The position numbers and the translations under genes were made by a program. Below are positions 27,342-41,900 of a stretch of DNA of 64,000 bases, in pieces. The notes beneath the pieces were generated by a model. It had not been told where the DNA came from and did not search any database. It worked only from the letters and a program-made list of their open reading frames with translations. The first letter of the stretch is position 1. Every line of letters starts with the position of its first letter. The DNA is from Lingula anatina (Eukaryota > Animalia > Brachiopoda), in the NCBI GenBank assembly GCA_051362555.1, contig CM120647.1:20374651-20438650 (forward strand), read 5' to 3'.

Positions 27342-30300
27342 TTCAACTAACGGCACTGTTCTTAACAAATGTGTCTGTCATACATGTCGCAATTTTCGTA
27401 ATATTGATATCCCTTCCGGGTGTTGTCTGCGATGGAACTCATCTTTCCCGACCAGGAACAGTCATACTTCGGTTCGCTTGCTTCCTACCAGCCGTAGCCG
27501 GGAGCAGTTTATAAATACACCTCTCGGAGGTCGCGTGCATTTTTCATCAACAGCAATTTGGCTAAATTAACTCATCTATTGATCAAATGGGTTTTCAGTG
27601 GGAAATTTCCTTTTCACATTTTTAGCTAGAAAAAGTATAGTATAAATTAATGTCACTGTCATTTCGATTGTGTATTGCAGCTGTAGCGATTATTAGTATT
27701 ATCTGCAATTTTTTTCAGTTCTAAAGTTTTTCTCACATCGTGCAGTAGAGGTGCCCACTTACAACTGTATCTGTATACCGCAATTTTCTGACTGGTCGCA
27801 AATGTTCAAGCTTACGATAGGTAGTTTATATGCATATTTTAATATGCATATTTAATTATTAAAATAAAGTAACAAAAGCAACACGGCTTCCACAGTTTTT
27901 CTCCATTTACTTTTTGTGTATTTTTTTCTAGTCAACGCAAATGTTTACCTGTGTTTACACGATCTTTTGCCGTACTCCCCCCCTCAGCGCACAGTATGTA
28001 TGAGCCTGTTTTGCCCGATATTTTTTAACAATATAAGGTACCATCCAAGACATCTCTTCTTTTCTTCGTTTGCGATGTATGAATATTATTTCATATTCTG
28101 TTCTATTCGGGGCGTACCTTTTTGTGTTATGCGTCGTTATTCATATTTTATTTTTTTTGTGCATCCTGGATGTTTTTTAAAACCTTATTCCCGTCAATTA
28201 TTTTCATTCTGGTGACCCTCCCAGTAATTTCCTCCTCACATGTTCTGCTGGATCACGGTGTTGCTGAACATCATCCTCGTTTATGTCAGTGCAAACAGGC
28301 TCTCTGTAAATCAACTTGCAATTACTAATGAGAACAAAATAATACAATACCATCGATAACATTGCAAAATCATAATACAAGCATACATCCAGGCCATTAA
28401 AACAACATGCCATGTTTAGGGAGCCAGTGATGTATTCAAATGTTCAGTTATGATAGTTCATCTTAGAGATTCTTTTAGCGGTTACATTTCCGTGGGAATT
28501 AATGGTCATTGGCCTTCTCTTTCAACCTTTCAGATCAGGGAAAATCACTTTCCACAAAACACGGGATCTCCGTTCTTAGATTAATTTGTTGGTTTACACT
28601 CACAGAAATTGAAAAACAACCTCAAACTCTAAGGAAATTTTCTCTTGGATAGTATGGACTGAGGATTAAAGACAAATCAAGCCAATATATAATGGTATTA
28701 TATATATAATGTTCTGTAATTTCCTTTGCTATAGATCTTCTTAAACATTGCGGTGTGGTTCGTGGAATCTACACAAAAGAAAATATAACTTTAAAGATAA
28801 AACGTAGAATGATGAAGACCTCGTACAAGAACAGGGGTCTTCAAAGAACTTGCGTGATGTTTGTAAGAAAAAAGTACCGAATTCTAAATTCATCAATTTT
28901 GCAATCAATAAGTAAACAGAAGTATCAAAACTCACATTCGAATACTGCTACCAAATATTTGAACAACCTTTAATATTCACACTTTGCGTGGTCCACCTCG
29001 CGAGTATCTACACTAAACAGCCATGTGTCTAATTAAGGGGCATGAAATGTTCGTGTTCACATCCATGCCATAGACCATTTAAAAGATTGGATGTCAGACA
29101 TCTACCTATGCGCCATACCTCTGTACAAACACAGTGTCCGTTCTATGGTACATGTAGCAAGACAAACCCTGTGCTCTAAAAGTGAATTCCCGCTACGTTG
29201 AATATATGTAATTACAAACAAGAATATGTATGTTATCTGAAAAGCCCACTTTTCCTCCATGATCTTTGGCTAATAAGTAGAATCACAAACTAAATATGAC
29301 CCTCTCTCTTTATCTTTGCCCTTGGGGCTGCATGCATCGCAATATTTGCGACTAGCTTCTTATTTGAATGTTAAGTAACCGTACATTTTCTTTTCAATTT
29401 ATTTTCTTTCAAATAGCAAGCCTAACACACAGTACATGTTAAGTGGTACATGAGGACTTGATTTCAACCTAGGAACCGTAAAACAACGATGTTTGGTGGG
29501 CCCTAGTTTAAACGATAGGACAGACATAGTGTACAGATCAAATTATTTCAAGATCATGTTAGAAGATACATATTTCGTATTAACGTGGTAACTCACATTT
29601 TTACAAAATAAAAATAATTCGAGAATATTTTATTTGAATTAAAAGCAGAAATCTGACGCGTGGCGCTGTTGGAAATGGCTTTCAGAACAGTCGGTGTCAC
29701 TACCGCTTACAATGTTATCGGGTACGTAATGGTACTGAACAAGATAATCAGAGAGACCGAGTGAAGGTAAGGATTTCCATGGGGTCGGGAAGGGACATTT
29801 GTGAAAAATAACTTTAAAGTTTTGATGTAGTATTTCTACAAGTGCAAAAGAATCAAAAGCACCATAATGAGAACGGAGGTTTATTGTACATGTAAAAGTT
29901 TAAAAATGCCATCAAGCAAATGAAAATAGAGGAAATACGTGTTTCAAACTTTAATGGTATAATTAAAAAACGTGTAAAGAATGATGAATGCAGCTAGGTA
30001 GATCACATATATTTTTGTAACAGATGAAACCCTTCTCACGCGTGTTACTTTGATGTACATCCTTTGATTTTCAACGCGCGAAGCGCTTGTTAAGCCTGCA
30101 TACCGTCCCTTAACGGGTTGTTTGTTCTATCGTGCTGGAGCACTTCGCGCGTCTTTTTGTTCATCCAAATTCAATGAAATACTAAAATAAACACCTACCT
30201 TTGAAATATTGTGTATACACCTACCGTTTCAACCTTTAATGGTATAATTAAAAAGCGTGTAAAGAATGAAGCTCTTCGTTTTTCTACAACGTCATATTAA

Positions 30301-30477
30301 AACGCACATTAAAACTGTAAAATCTAAACATTCCTCATTCCTCCACTTGTTTACTAAGGCTCCTAAGTAAAGGGCTAGACACTGAGCAATAAGTTGAGTA
30401 AACTGTGACTTTGAAATATATTTTAAATTGAGAGAATATGGGAAGTGCCACAAAGGAACAACTGATATTGCGTGGTA

Positions 30478-32479
30478 CAGTGCCGCCGGAATGTCCCCTT
30501 ACTTACCCTCCGGGTTGCTGCGGGTTGTACGGACGGCCTGGCTCGGTAACTATGGAAACAACATTGTCATAAATACGCTGTTTGGTTTCTGTTAACAATA
30601 GTTCCATACCCTGCCCGTCGGGCAATCATCGTGACAAACTTTCTGCTTACAAAAGAGCCTAACCCTAGCTCACTGAGATAAAGATCGAAGGTGAGCGTGG
30701 TCGCAATTAAGTGTTTTCTTCCAAGCGTTAATTGACCTTTAATGCGCGGTGGCTTCACTCTACTTTGATGACTCTACTCTGGTACGGAGATTTTAAGTAT
30801 AAGAACTTGCCAACAGTGATTTTCAAAAGTCGCTTTACCAAAAAGATTCGGTGATGACAGCAATTTTCGTGTACATTGTACACGCCGGGTGGCCGGCCGA
30901 AAGACTGATTCCTTGATTCTGTAGGACACAAAGTAGGAATTGTGTACGTGAACGGTAGCGGTAAAGTTGTACATGTAGACCTCAACGGTAAGGGTGTCGC
31001 ACAGAGGCTTGGGAAAGGAGGAGGCGGCGGTGGTGCCACACATGCGTCCAAATTACTTGCTTTTAAAATTAGCCTAAAGTTTAAATTGACTTTAATTATT
31101 GTAAGAGTACCGTTGGAATACTCAGAATGCGCTTGAATTCGCCTGGAATGATAAGTGCACTTTCGTCTGTTTTAGCTCTCAAAGTAGTTCGAATGTATTT
31201 GGAAAACTAGGAATATCTACAATGCTGTCAGAAGGCAACTGTTTCTCTATCATTGTTTGATATGCAATTCAAAACGATAGGAATAGTTCATCTTTACGAT
31301 CTAAAGCCCAAACTTAACCAAAGCCTTTTTCATACTTAAAAGCATCAAAAGAAATTAATTTAAAAAGCTGGATTACAATCTCTCGGGCTAACTTCACTGG
31401 TTGGCACGTGTCATCTCACATTTATTAACAATCAGTTCAGGTTAGCTTTATTCATGCTGGGTAAACACAGTGATTAAGCCCTGACTATTACATAATCACT
31501 ACTGTGTGACACGCGTCGTCTAAAATTAATGTTAACATTGCAATGACGCTCTTCAATCCAAACTAATCAATTGCACATAATTCTAAATCAACTGACACGT
31601 GTCAACAGGATTGTTTGTGTATCTGGACTTCCTAAATGGCCAATAAGTATTTTGTATAATATGACATGTTTATGTCACTGATTTCTGTGCCATCGTGTCA
31701 CCTGCCAAGTGAACGGTATTAATCGACACTCAGATTTCCCAAATCATCACAATTCCAAGATGCCTCTTAGCGATTACGTGCGTCGTGACGAGTATGGCAG
31801 AGACATAAGTGAGTCCCGCAGAATGACCCCAAACCCCAAGCATCCCTATAAGGTCCATGTTTGGACCGGGATTAGCAGGAGAGGTCCGACGAACATTGTA
31901 GTGTTTAGTCGTATAATGAACGCGGACTTTTACACAGATGTATTAGATGAGGCCCTGATCCCAGCGATACGTGATATGTTCCCAGACGGCCACAGGTTTC
32001 AGCAGGACAACGACAGCAAACATACCAGCCGAGTTGCTGCTGCATTTATTGAGCAACATGGTATTAATTGGTTTCGCACCCCTTCAGAAAGCCCCGACCT
32101 TAACCCTATTGAAAACGTCAAATCATCAAATAAAATTGTTATACGTGTTTTAAAACTAAGCCTGATTTGTTCTTCAGAGTTTTGTTCTAATATTCGACTT
32201 GCCTTTACTCGAGTCTTCTGTTGCAGTTGATACATAACCCGGTATTGTTTGCTCGTGTCGATAGCAATCTCTTTGCATCAGCTATAATAGAAACCTTAAG
32301 TGAGGCAATTAAGAAGGGGCAGACCGTGTTCGTTGAACCGACTAATTTGGGTGTCCGATAAGGATTGCTTGGGGATTCCACTACCCTGTAATTATCATAC
32401 GGCCCCTATTGTTCGACCATATGGGGCAGGATTGGGAAACCATACGGCCATTTGGTAAGGAGACATTCCGGCGGCACTG
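30478..32479 (+). mobile_element. Tc1/mariner DNA transposon, internally decayed, with transposase fragment at about 31820-32117
   Basis: 25-bp TIRs CAGTGCCGCCGGAATGTCCCCTTAC / GTAAGGAGACATTCCGGCGGCACTG flanked by TA. Empty paralogous site gcgtggTAggccat at about 44530. Motifs VHVWTGIS, FQQDNDSKH, SPDLNPIEN. Confidence 0.92.
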
Positions 32480-32995
32480 TAGGTCATCAGAAGTGTTGTC
32501 ATTTAAAAGTTGAAAACAAAAATACTTTTAAAAGGAGAAGTTTATCTTTTTAATATTTTCATCATTTTAACATCATTGTAGATGCAAGCTAGTTATCTTT
32601 GTTGAAAATATAGGTTGTCAATTCAAGTGGAGAATGTAGAAACATTTGCGCGCAAGATGTTTTAAATTCATACAATGTTGTGCAGTGTGCATTAAAAAAC
32701 AAAATGTGCATTAACCTTGATCTGAGATAACCACAGACAGATAATATATTTAAAGGCGCAGACTAGAATATTTTGATTAACTCTGCCTTTTTGCGTGAGA
32801 CAGAACCACCGTGTATGCTGATTTACTGCAGTCGTTCTGACTTCTTGTTATGACAGTGAGGCATAATCTACACTGAAGGAAATTGGAGTGCGGTGACCTT
32901 TCAACAATATTCCCAATAAAATTCTAGAAGTGAAGATATTAGCAAAGGTCCCATACATACGACGTTCCCTAAGGGTTGAAATTAGTTTGTGTATC

Positions 32996-34600
32996 ATAAT
33001 AATAATAATAAAGGTTTATTGTGTTCTTTGCAATATATAAGACATATATTGAATGTATATGTATAAAAGTATAAAGATGTAGTACTAAAATAGAGCTTTA
33101 AGATAAATTCTAAGTTATAAAACCAATAATGAGGTTAAAAATGGTGATTCGTTGTTATTTTCAAAAGCTAAAAGTTAATGGATAGACCTAGATCATTGAC
33201 ACGTATATAAACAGTATGGGATAAAAGTGTTTCTATATCTTTTTGTCCGACATTTTGGTAAAACATATCTATAAACATTCCTTAGGTCCTTTTCTATGAC
33301 ACGAGTGTTAGGTAAAAGATGGTTCAATCTATGTGTACACAGTTTTATCTCATTAAATAATTTTTTGCATAAGTCAGTACGCCGAGATTTCAAGGTAGGT
33401 AATTCAGTGATGTCCATTGCTTCGTTGTAAGTGAGTTCAGGGTATATAATATGAAGAGCCCTTTTTTGGATGTTCTCTAAGGCTTTAGATTGCTGTGCGG
33501 TAATTCCAGCATGTCATAGCTGACAAGCGTACTCAAGTGTTGGTCTGAGATTGCTTTTATAAATTTATAAGAGGTCATGTCTCGGCACCCCAGCGTGTTT
33601 GACCATGCATAAGAAATACAGTCTGGATGCAGCTTTTGAGAGAATTTTTTCTATATGTAAGTCCCATTTCAAATTAGAACTGATATGAACTCCCAGCAGT
33701 TTGGCATGTGAAACTTGTTCGATTTTTATACCATCAATTATTAGGTTATCAGGTACAGTAGGGTTTTTACTGAAACAGATAAACAGTTCAACAGTTTTTT
33801 TAGGATTGATTAGCATGTTATTTTGTTTTGTCCATTCATATAGGTTTGAGGCTGCTATGGGAAGTTTAGATTGTGTAGGTTTGGCACCTTGTTCTATTTC
33901 CCTTGGAGATGGTTGGTGAACTGTCTCATAAACTGTAGTGTCATCCACATATTTTACTGCTGGTAAAAAACATTCCATGTCATTTATCATTGTAATGAAA
34001 AGGAGAGGTCCTAATTTTGTACCCTGGGGCACGCCCCCATGAATATGGCACCATTGTGACATTACTGATCCACACTTGATCCGTTGCTGTCTATTTAGTA
34101 AAAAGGCATGGACCCATCTGAGTAATACTGGAGGTACTCCATATAGCTGCAAAGCTTGCCTAGCAAAATATTGTGGTCTATTAAATCAAACGCTTTTCTA
34201 AAATCAAGTAATAAAACCCGAGACTGTGCCCCATGAGTGTCACTGGCCTTGGCCCAGGTGTCAAATAGCTCGATTAAGGCCATTGTGGTGGAGGAACCTT
34301 TAACATTGCCAAACTGATCTTTCTTAATATGTGGTCCTAGTATCTCCCACAGCCATGTAAAAATGAATGCTTCCAATTCCTTGCTGAGGATAGGTGTTAG
34401 GGAAACAGGTCTTAAATCATTTTCCACGCTCAGTGCTGGTTTAATTTTAGGCAGTGGCACTACATTGGCACATTTCCAGATTGTTGGTAGCTTTCCTTGA
34501 CGTATGGTATTGTTCCAGATTGCACATACTGGTACACCGAGAACTCCAGCAAAGTCTTTGAGAATCCAGTTCGGTATATTATCAGGACCGGATGCCATAT
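32996..34600 (-). mobile_element. 5'-truncated non-LTR retrotransposon (CR1/L2 group) with disrupted reverse transcriptase
   Basis: ASGPDNIP, WKCANVVPLPK, RPVSLT, DFRKAFD, GVPQGTKLGPLLF, YVDD; frameshift near 34150; 3' AATAAA plus (TTA)n tail on the - strand. Confidence 0.92.
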
Positions 34601-34828
34601 AGTGGCGGTCACAGTTATCTCAGTATTCCAGTCCTAAGATAAATCATACATTAACCAATGTTAATATTTGCAGATTCCACGCCAGACAAATACAAACAAC
34701 GTCGGGGAGTGGCCACGCGTTTATTTACGAGCAAAATTTAGAAGTGGTGAAACTTGGAATACAAAATAACAAAAACATGAAATATAAACACCAAACTGAT
34801 AATATGAAATACACAAATATTATATTAA

Positions 34829-35700
34829 AAAATTACATATATAACGCAAAAAAAAAAAAAAAAAAACAGCTATAAAAAAGCATAACGAATAAATTATATG
34901 AAACGGGAAGTTTTGTGCTACATATTTATAGATTTAACTACACATCGTTAATATTCTCTTACAAATAAATGGTCTACATATTATACATATAGAGAAACGT
35001 GGCATTATCTGCCCGTAGCGATCCACAGACCTGGTGACATGAGCACTGAGGCCAAGAGAGACAACTCTATGATTGGGCTGTCAGAGAAATGAGGAAACCT
35101 ACGTCCCCGTCCTAAAAAGGTAGGGGTTGCGTAGCTAGCTCTCAGCCTAGGCTGGCTTTAGAATGTGTAACTTCTTAAAAAAATAATCACTGCCATTTGT
35201 GGCCCCTTTTTTCCCTCCATCTCCGCCTTTATTTTCATTTGCGCCAACTTTTTGCTCCTATAGCTGTTGTGATTTCTCATATTTTTCTTAATTAATCCTA
35301 GTTACACTCATTAACAAACTTCATTATTATTTATATTATGGCACTTATATAGTTTGGGGGATGTTTGATTATATCCCCAGTTTTGTAACTTTGTAGTTTT
35401 CGTCATTAATAAATGACAATTTTCAGTCATATGGACTTATCTTACTTAATTTGGAGCAAAAACATAGCTTCGCTGTGCTTGTGAACATTTGGCTACATAA
35501 ATATAATGTAAGAAAATTACATATATAACGCAAAATAAACAGCTTTAAAAAAGCATAACGAATAAATTATATGAAACGGGAAGTGTTGTGCTACATATTT
35601 ATAGATTTACCTACACATCGTTAATATTCTCTTAAAAATAAATGGTTTACATGTTATACATACAGAGAAATGTGGCATTACCACCCGTAGCGATCCACAG
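34829..35700 (+). repeat. Direct repeat of about 190-200 bp (34829-35029 and 35512-35700)
   Basis: aaaattacatatataacgcaaaa...cccgtagcgatccacaga is present twice. Confidence 0.8.
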
Positions 35701-35950
35701 ATGTTGACGGAATAACTACAATAAAACCCCTGGACGTGGCGACATGTGCACTGAAATTCTTTATTCTGAATCTTTGATATTTTTTCATCAATTCTTACCT
35801 GGACACCCAACTGAGAAAATGGCCAGAAAACAAAACAAATAATAAGGAAGAAACATATTTTTAAAACTACAGTAACGCAAGGTCTGTTTGGACTGATAAT
35901 CAGCCAGACGATCACTGTTTTCGTTTGCTTTTCGCAATCAACGTGAGGAA

Positions 35951-38900
35951 GCCATTTCACGTAATACAAAGTTGTACTTTGCCGGCGGTAAGGATCCTAA
36001 CCTTAAATGCACTTGTATGTATTACCTTGATGTTTACAAGTAGCTATGATGCTTTACCACCTTTTAAAAATATTCTTTGTTTGCAATATAGCAATCAAAT
36101 TTAAATAATAGACTCTTAATGCTTATTTGAGCTGTGTCTTTTAGGTGTGTTGATAACAAGTTCGACATTTTAGTGAAGGTTATTTGTCTTTTTCTTGGTT
36201 TTTAAAGTGAAAATGAGGTCGAGTCCGGTAATTGTGTTGTTAATGTCATTATTTCAGGATTTGTTCTCAATTATTAAATTAAAAAAATGGAATAAAACAT
36301 TAAAGCCAAATATGGGAGCAATAATTCATGAATGGGGGAAGTTGTTGTGGAAAAATTCGTTTTAGCGGGAAGGTATCGTGTCGATTACCTACCCCTGTAT
36401 GTACTTTTAAACTTTACCTCAAAGCATGAACCCAGAAATTGGCTTCCATTAACTTTTCTATTTCTTTGATGACTTAAAATCAACTTTTGCTTTGCACACT
36501 TGTTGAAAGAAAGTTTTGAGAATTTCTACTATAGAGGTACAATTACCTTGACCAGCATGTATGGTCTTCAGAAAAAAAAGTCTTCAAGCAGCTCTTGGAA
36601 AACATCGTCAGGGAACAAAGAAAACAAAATTAAAATTGTTGAACCCACAGTGCTAACCGTTAAAGCCAACCATAAATTTACCAGTACTATAAAGAGATAT
36701 TAGCCGATAAAGAATATCTAGTCCATTTTAAAAGCGGTGCTTACTAAGTTCATTTATAGTACATGTATTTCAACTTTATATGCTTTCACAACTAACACAA
36801 TATTTGTCTTTGTCCACGGTTGTTATTTTAACCATATGTTACATATAACTGGACTGTTTAAAATAACATTATTGGTTACTATACAATTTACAAAATTCAC
36901 TATGATGTCTTTTCTCTCTCTATTTACCTATTTATTGCTCGAAACGTAGTAATACAGTTTCAGATACTCGACTCAATGCTAATAAAAACGATGTGTATGT
37001 TTGTGTGCATTGGTTGGTAGGTTAGTATGACCTTACAAAAATACGACAATTTCACTTGTTTAAGCACTTCCTGTCGTGAATTGAAATGATATGTAAAAAC
37101 GATCCCGATGACGTTATTTAAGAACGTCCAAAATGCCCCAAAAATGATTTAAATGTTGTTTTTAGAGGTGTTTTACGTGATCAATGTGTACTAAAATGCC
37201 AATTGCATTGCTATTCCAGTTTAAATATCATTGAACATGGAAGCAGGCGAACTACAATGAGACGTGCATAACAAATTAAAAAAGATTTTATACCCATGTC
37301 TCGTTTTGAAACATTTAACTGGTAGGCCCGCATAGTTTGACATCAGATCATCAGAGAAACTAGCATATGGTAAGAGTCCGCCTGCAGCATTCCTACTCTG
37401 TTTTCGTGAGAGACACCATGTTTGGACATTTTCTGCTTGCAGCGTTGGCTTTGACCTGTCGTATTGGCAGCGGATCAGCAAGCCCAGGGTCAGGTATTTA
37501 GCTAGATTTAAAATATATGTACGGGAACGGTCAACTGTATTATATATTTATGGTACATTGTAAACAATACATGATAAAGTAGAATGCACATACAGATAAG
37601 CATCATAAAAAGTTTAATTACTGGCTTAAGCATTTTGGTTAACTCTCCTTTTTCGCTTGAAGGATCCTGTTGGGTTTTAAGGATATTGTAACCCTTCATT
37701 ATCATCCAGATACTGAAAATGAGATTTTCCTGCATCTAATTATTCAGTAATGCATCTATCTTTGTGCTGATTAAATATAATAAAAACCGTCGAAAATACA
37801 AACTGTCGGCGTGCATATTACTCGTTGCAATGTATAAGCATAGGCAACCCAAAGCTTAAATTGTCAATAAAAAACCATTTCTATTTTGAGGTGAGCTAAC
37901 AATCGGTATGGGACATTACTTCATCCCTCAATAAGATTTTATCTTAAGGGAATTAAGAGACTTAACCACGAGTGCTTGAGCTACAATTCCTTGCCGTCAT
38001 GTCGGTTAATATGATTTTGGTACACTATAATGAGCCCCTACTTACAGATTTTCATTAAACAAAGGTATTATTTTGCTTTATCAACGATAAAACCTGAACT
38101 AAGACTTCTAAAAAATGTTGCTGGCAGGGGTTTTGGAGTTCTAAATGTTGTCATTATACTGTCGTTAAAACGGTGATAGTGGGTACTCAAGTAAAGGAGA
38201 CATTTAAGAAACCGATATTTCAGATTTTGCCCGTAAATCGCAATTATTACGTCACCAGTAAGTTGACATATGTGTACATGTAAATTGATTTAGTCATTGA
38301 ACACCGAAGATTTATCTATTATCCAAAAGAATATATGGGAGGCATTTAATAAGGAGTTTTGGGTGAAGGGTGACAATATCCATAAGAAACGATTGGTCTA
38401 CATAGCGTCATTGATTCAGCAATGTGCATCAAAATTTGTAGACCAGTCGTGTTTTCCATTCAAGTGTTTATTTAAAGTTTTTCTTTTTCTTTTTGGCAAA
38501 TGGTAAAATTAGTGAGGGGTGAAGACTTTCTACGTTCGATATGCTTTTGCGGTATGGATGATACCCACAGAATTCACAGTAATGTTGAGCCAACGTTACA
38601 ACATTGTACATTCATTACGAAAGCAAATCAAGCCTGACATCCATTGTCTTCAAATTATAATACCATATACTTATCATTCGATCACTGTAAGCGTCGTAAC
38701 TGTCTTTGTTCTGTTGCAGACCTTCCCTTATGTAAGTATCATATTTACTTTTAGGAGGCTCTCGAGTTCTGCATTTCCCTGAGCCGGATAGCACCCTATC
38801 ATGGTCATTACTACACGCTAGTACCCCTGATTTAAACGCCTTCACAGCCTGCGTATGGATCAAAACCATCCGCACCACAAGCGGCCCCATTCTATCCTAC

Positions 38901-41900
38901 GGCTCAGACAGTTGTCGCCAGTGTATTGAACTTGGATACAGTCCCGTTGGTCACGGCTACTCGGTTGTTTTGAAGGACGTTAGCGTGCTGGATAGAAACT
39001 CTCGTGCTGAAGCGCCCCTACCGGCCGATGGGAACTGGCACCACTGGTGTGTGGTGTGGAGTGGTGCCAACAGAGAGGTTAATATCTATAGGGATGGTCT
39101 CCACACACTGAGTCGCCCTGTGAACGTTTCAATTATACCTGGAGGTAAGAGCATAGTTGTTTGAATGCTTCATAAAGAATTGCTGTATTAGTATTAGATG
39201 AAAATTCGTGCATTTCACCTACACTGGAAGTCTTAGCAATTTTAAATATTAGGGCATTCACGAAAATGCCAACATACCCGCCTAGTAGTATATAGCGTAT
39301 TAAACGCTTAAGATGTCATTTAATGGTTAAAAAAAACGTGTGCATAAAGCATCGACAATGGCTTCTTAAGCAAAATGGCCTCCAAAAGCAAAGAAACAGT
39401 CCACTTGCTTAAGATATCCAGCAACATGGTGTTTTTATCTTTCACTTTAACTAGAAGCACGAAATTTGGCACAGTTGTAGAGGAGGGCTTTTTTTTAGCA
39501 TTTTTGATTATATGAGCATATCTGAAAATTCCAATATGACGACAAAAATCTTTCAAAGTCAAACTATCTACTTGCATTATGATGACTTCTTATATTTTTT
39601 GATGGATAGAAAACTCACTATATATAATTTATTATTAATAGCTGCATCAAAATCAAAAATGACCGTCAAAATGGAAAAAAAACTACCTTTGGTTAAGTCG
39701 TGACCACCCCATGCAGTGATTTTTTAAACTTGCCACACGAAGTTAAGTTTTTTCATAAAGGTTTTTTTTATTAACAGGAGATATTTTGACATGTAGGTTT
39801 TGCATACTATAGAAATATATGGATGGTTGACCTAACACATACATTAGTAAATACACACTGAGGATAAGAGACTGAAACTTCAAGTTTATATCCTGCCATA
39901 TTAGGACTTCCTATATCCAAACATATTCAGAATAATTTTTTACAACTGTGTAAATGTGCACAGTTCATCCTTTTCCTGCACCAAATTGACTATATATCAA
40001 TATCAGTTACCAGAACACAGAACGTGGGCAGCTATTCTGGAACCATTTCTTAGGCCGCATTCACAACCAAAGTTGATCCGCGGACTAACAGATCCGTGGT
40101 TCAAATATGGCCGACCCACTTGAATGCTTACTGCGTAATCCTGGTAGGGAAACTACTCAGTGTATACCAGGGAATTATGCGACACATTTCAAGTCGGTTG
40201 ACTATTTTTCATCAGCATATCCGTTAGTCGGTGGATCAGCTTGTTCTGAATTCGCTCATAGATACTTGAACTGCAATTATCAATAATATATAGTATGAAT
40301 AATTGTCCAATATTTAAAATTTTCATAACAATTTGATTTCAGGTGGTAAATGGGTGGTTGGACACACCCATTACGAGGCAACGCCTTATGCATATCCTAG
40401 GCATCCATCATTCGTGGGATTCGTCGGTGGTGTCAACGTCTGGAACCGCGATAACGTCGACATCCCCGGCCTGGCAATATGTGCCAATACTAACGAAGGG
40501 AGTCTCATATCCTGGGATACTGTTACCAAGACTAACTTCAAGGTGGCAACGTACAAGGAGTATTGTTAAAATGTTACCATTACTATTAGATTACTGCAAT
40601 GTGAGATTGGGCAGTATGTATCGCCATTAAAAAGCATTAACATTTCTTCCCTTTCCTTTGAAATTAACCTTTGAGATTGAAATTAACTGCATTTTTTAGA
40701 ATCGACATAACAAGGTAATAAAGAATTGCTGAAAGCGACAATATGGATTCGACGTGTATATTTGACCCCTTTTTTAATTTTGTAATTATTGGAATTTTAT
40801 AAAAACCATCCAGCCTGTTTCTAACTAATACGTGATCTATTCACACCTACAGTTGTTTTCCACATGACCTCATTACAAATATGAATATCACAGAATAAGG
40901 ACTAAGAAAGAAACATAATGAAATGATGATGAGATAATGTATGTGAAGTTAAAATGTATATCTCATTTACCTCTTTTATTCCTTTGAATTAACCTCCATG
41001 ACTGACTTGGAACTTGCCACATCACGTCTTTATCAATTAAAACTTAACTCTCTCGATCAATTACATGTTTACTCTTTCATCAACAACATTAAATCAATTT
41101 TAATGGCTGATGGCTGACTTGCATCCTGCTATATATATATATATATATAAATACATAGATCTGAATATGTAAAAGCTTAATTCTAGGTACATTCTAAATC
41201 AGCATAATATTTTCCGTAAGTTAAATTCTATCTGATAATACAACATCCGTATGCCTTACAAAATAGCGGCGCGTTTTTTCACCGCGGTTTTTAGTCAACT
41301 ATCCAAGTGTTATCATAACGACAAGGCAGTCCGTAGATCTATTTGAATATCGTCATCAGAAACTGATCCATCGGAATTTTTTCATAAAAGTTTTCCCTTT
41401 CTCACTATTAAATTGTTAATTTTTGTTGTTGATTTAAGATATTGTAACAAAACTTATGAAATATTTCGTGTTTTTAGAAAACATAACGGTTTTAGTAACA
41501 GAACCGCATGGGGTGATGAATAATACAACTTTTTTTACAATTTTATTTTTTATCTTAAAATGTTTAATTTCATTGCACTTATATGTAGATCAGAAATTGG
41601 CATATGTAACTGCAGCCAGTAATGTTAGTTAGTGATTGCGATGCTGGATGCTCTCACAAGATTGCGACGGAAGTATGCATTTTTTGTTTGCGTTTGCTTT
41701 ACTACGCGGGAAATAAGTCCTGCGCACAGGTAGCTTATTTTACTTACCTTTTTATGCTTTGTGATTGTGTTTCATTAAATTATTGTTGTTTTTTGGTGTT
41801 CATATGTTACATTTTGCAGTTAAACATATATATATTTTTTACATTGTTAAAACGCAGTCATTTTTGTTCTTCCGGTACTATTTTTTGTTGTAAGATGTCC

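Noticed and set aside
27342-27368. GPCR start given by the ORF track
   Set aside because: It is a TTG codon; the first ATG is at 27341.
30755-31136. Pro/Gly-rich ORFs inside the Tc1 element as a captured gene
   Set aside because: They are short and low-complexity, with no recognisable domain or supported splice structure.
34829-35700. LTR pair of a small retroelement
   Set aside because: No TG..CA termini, primer-binding site, polypurine tract or TSD could be identified; treated as a local duplication.
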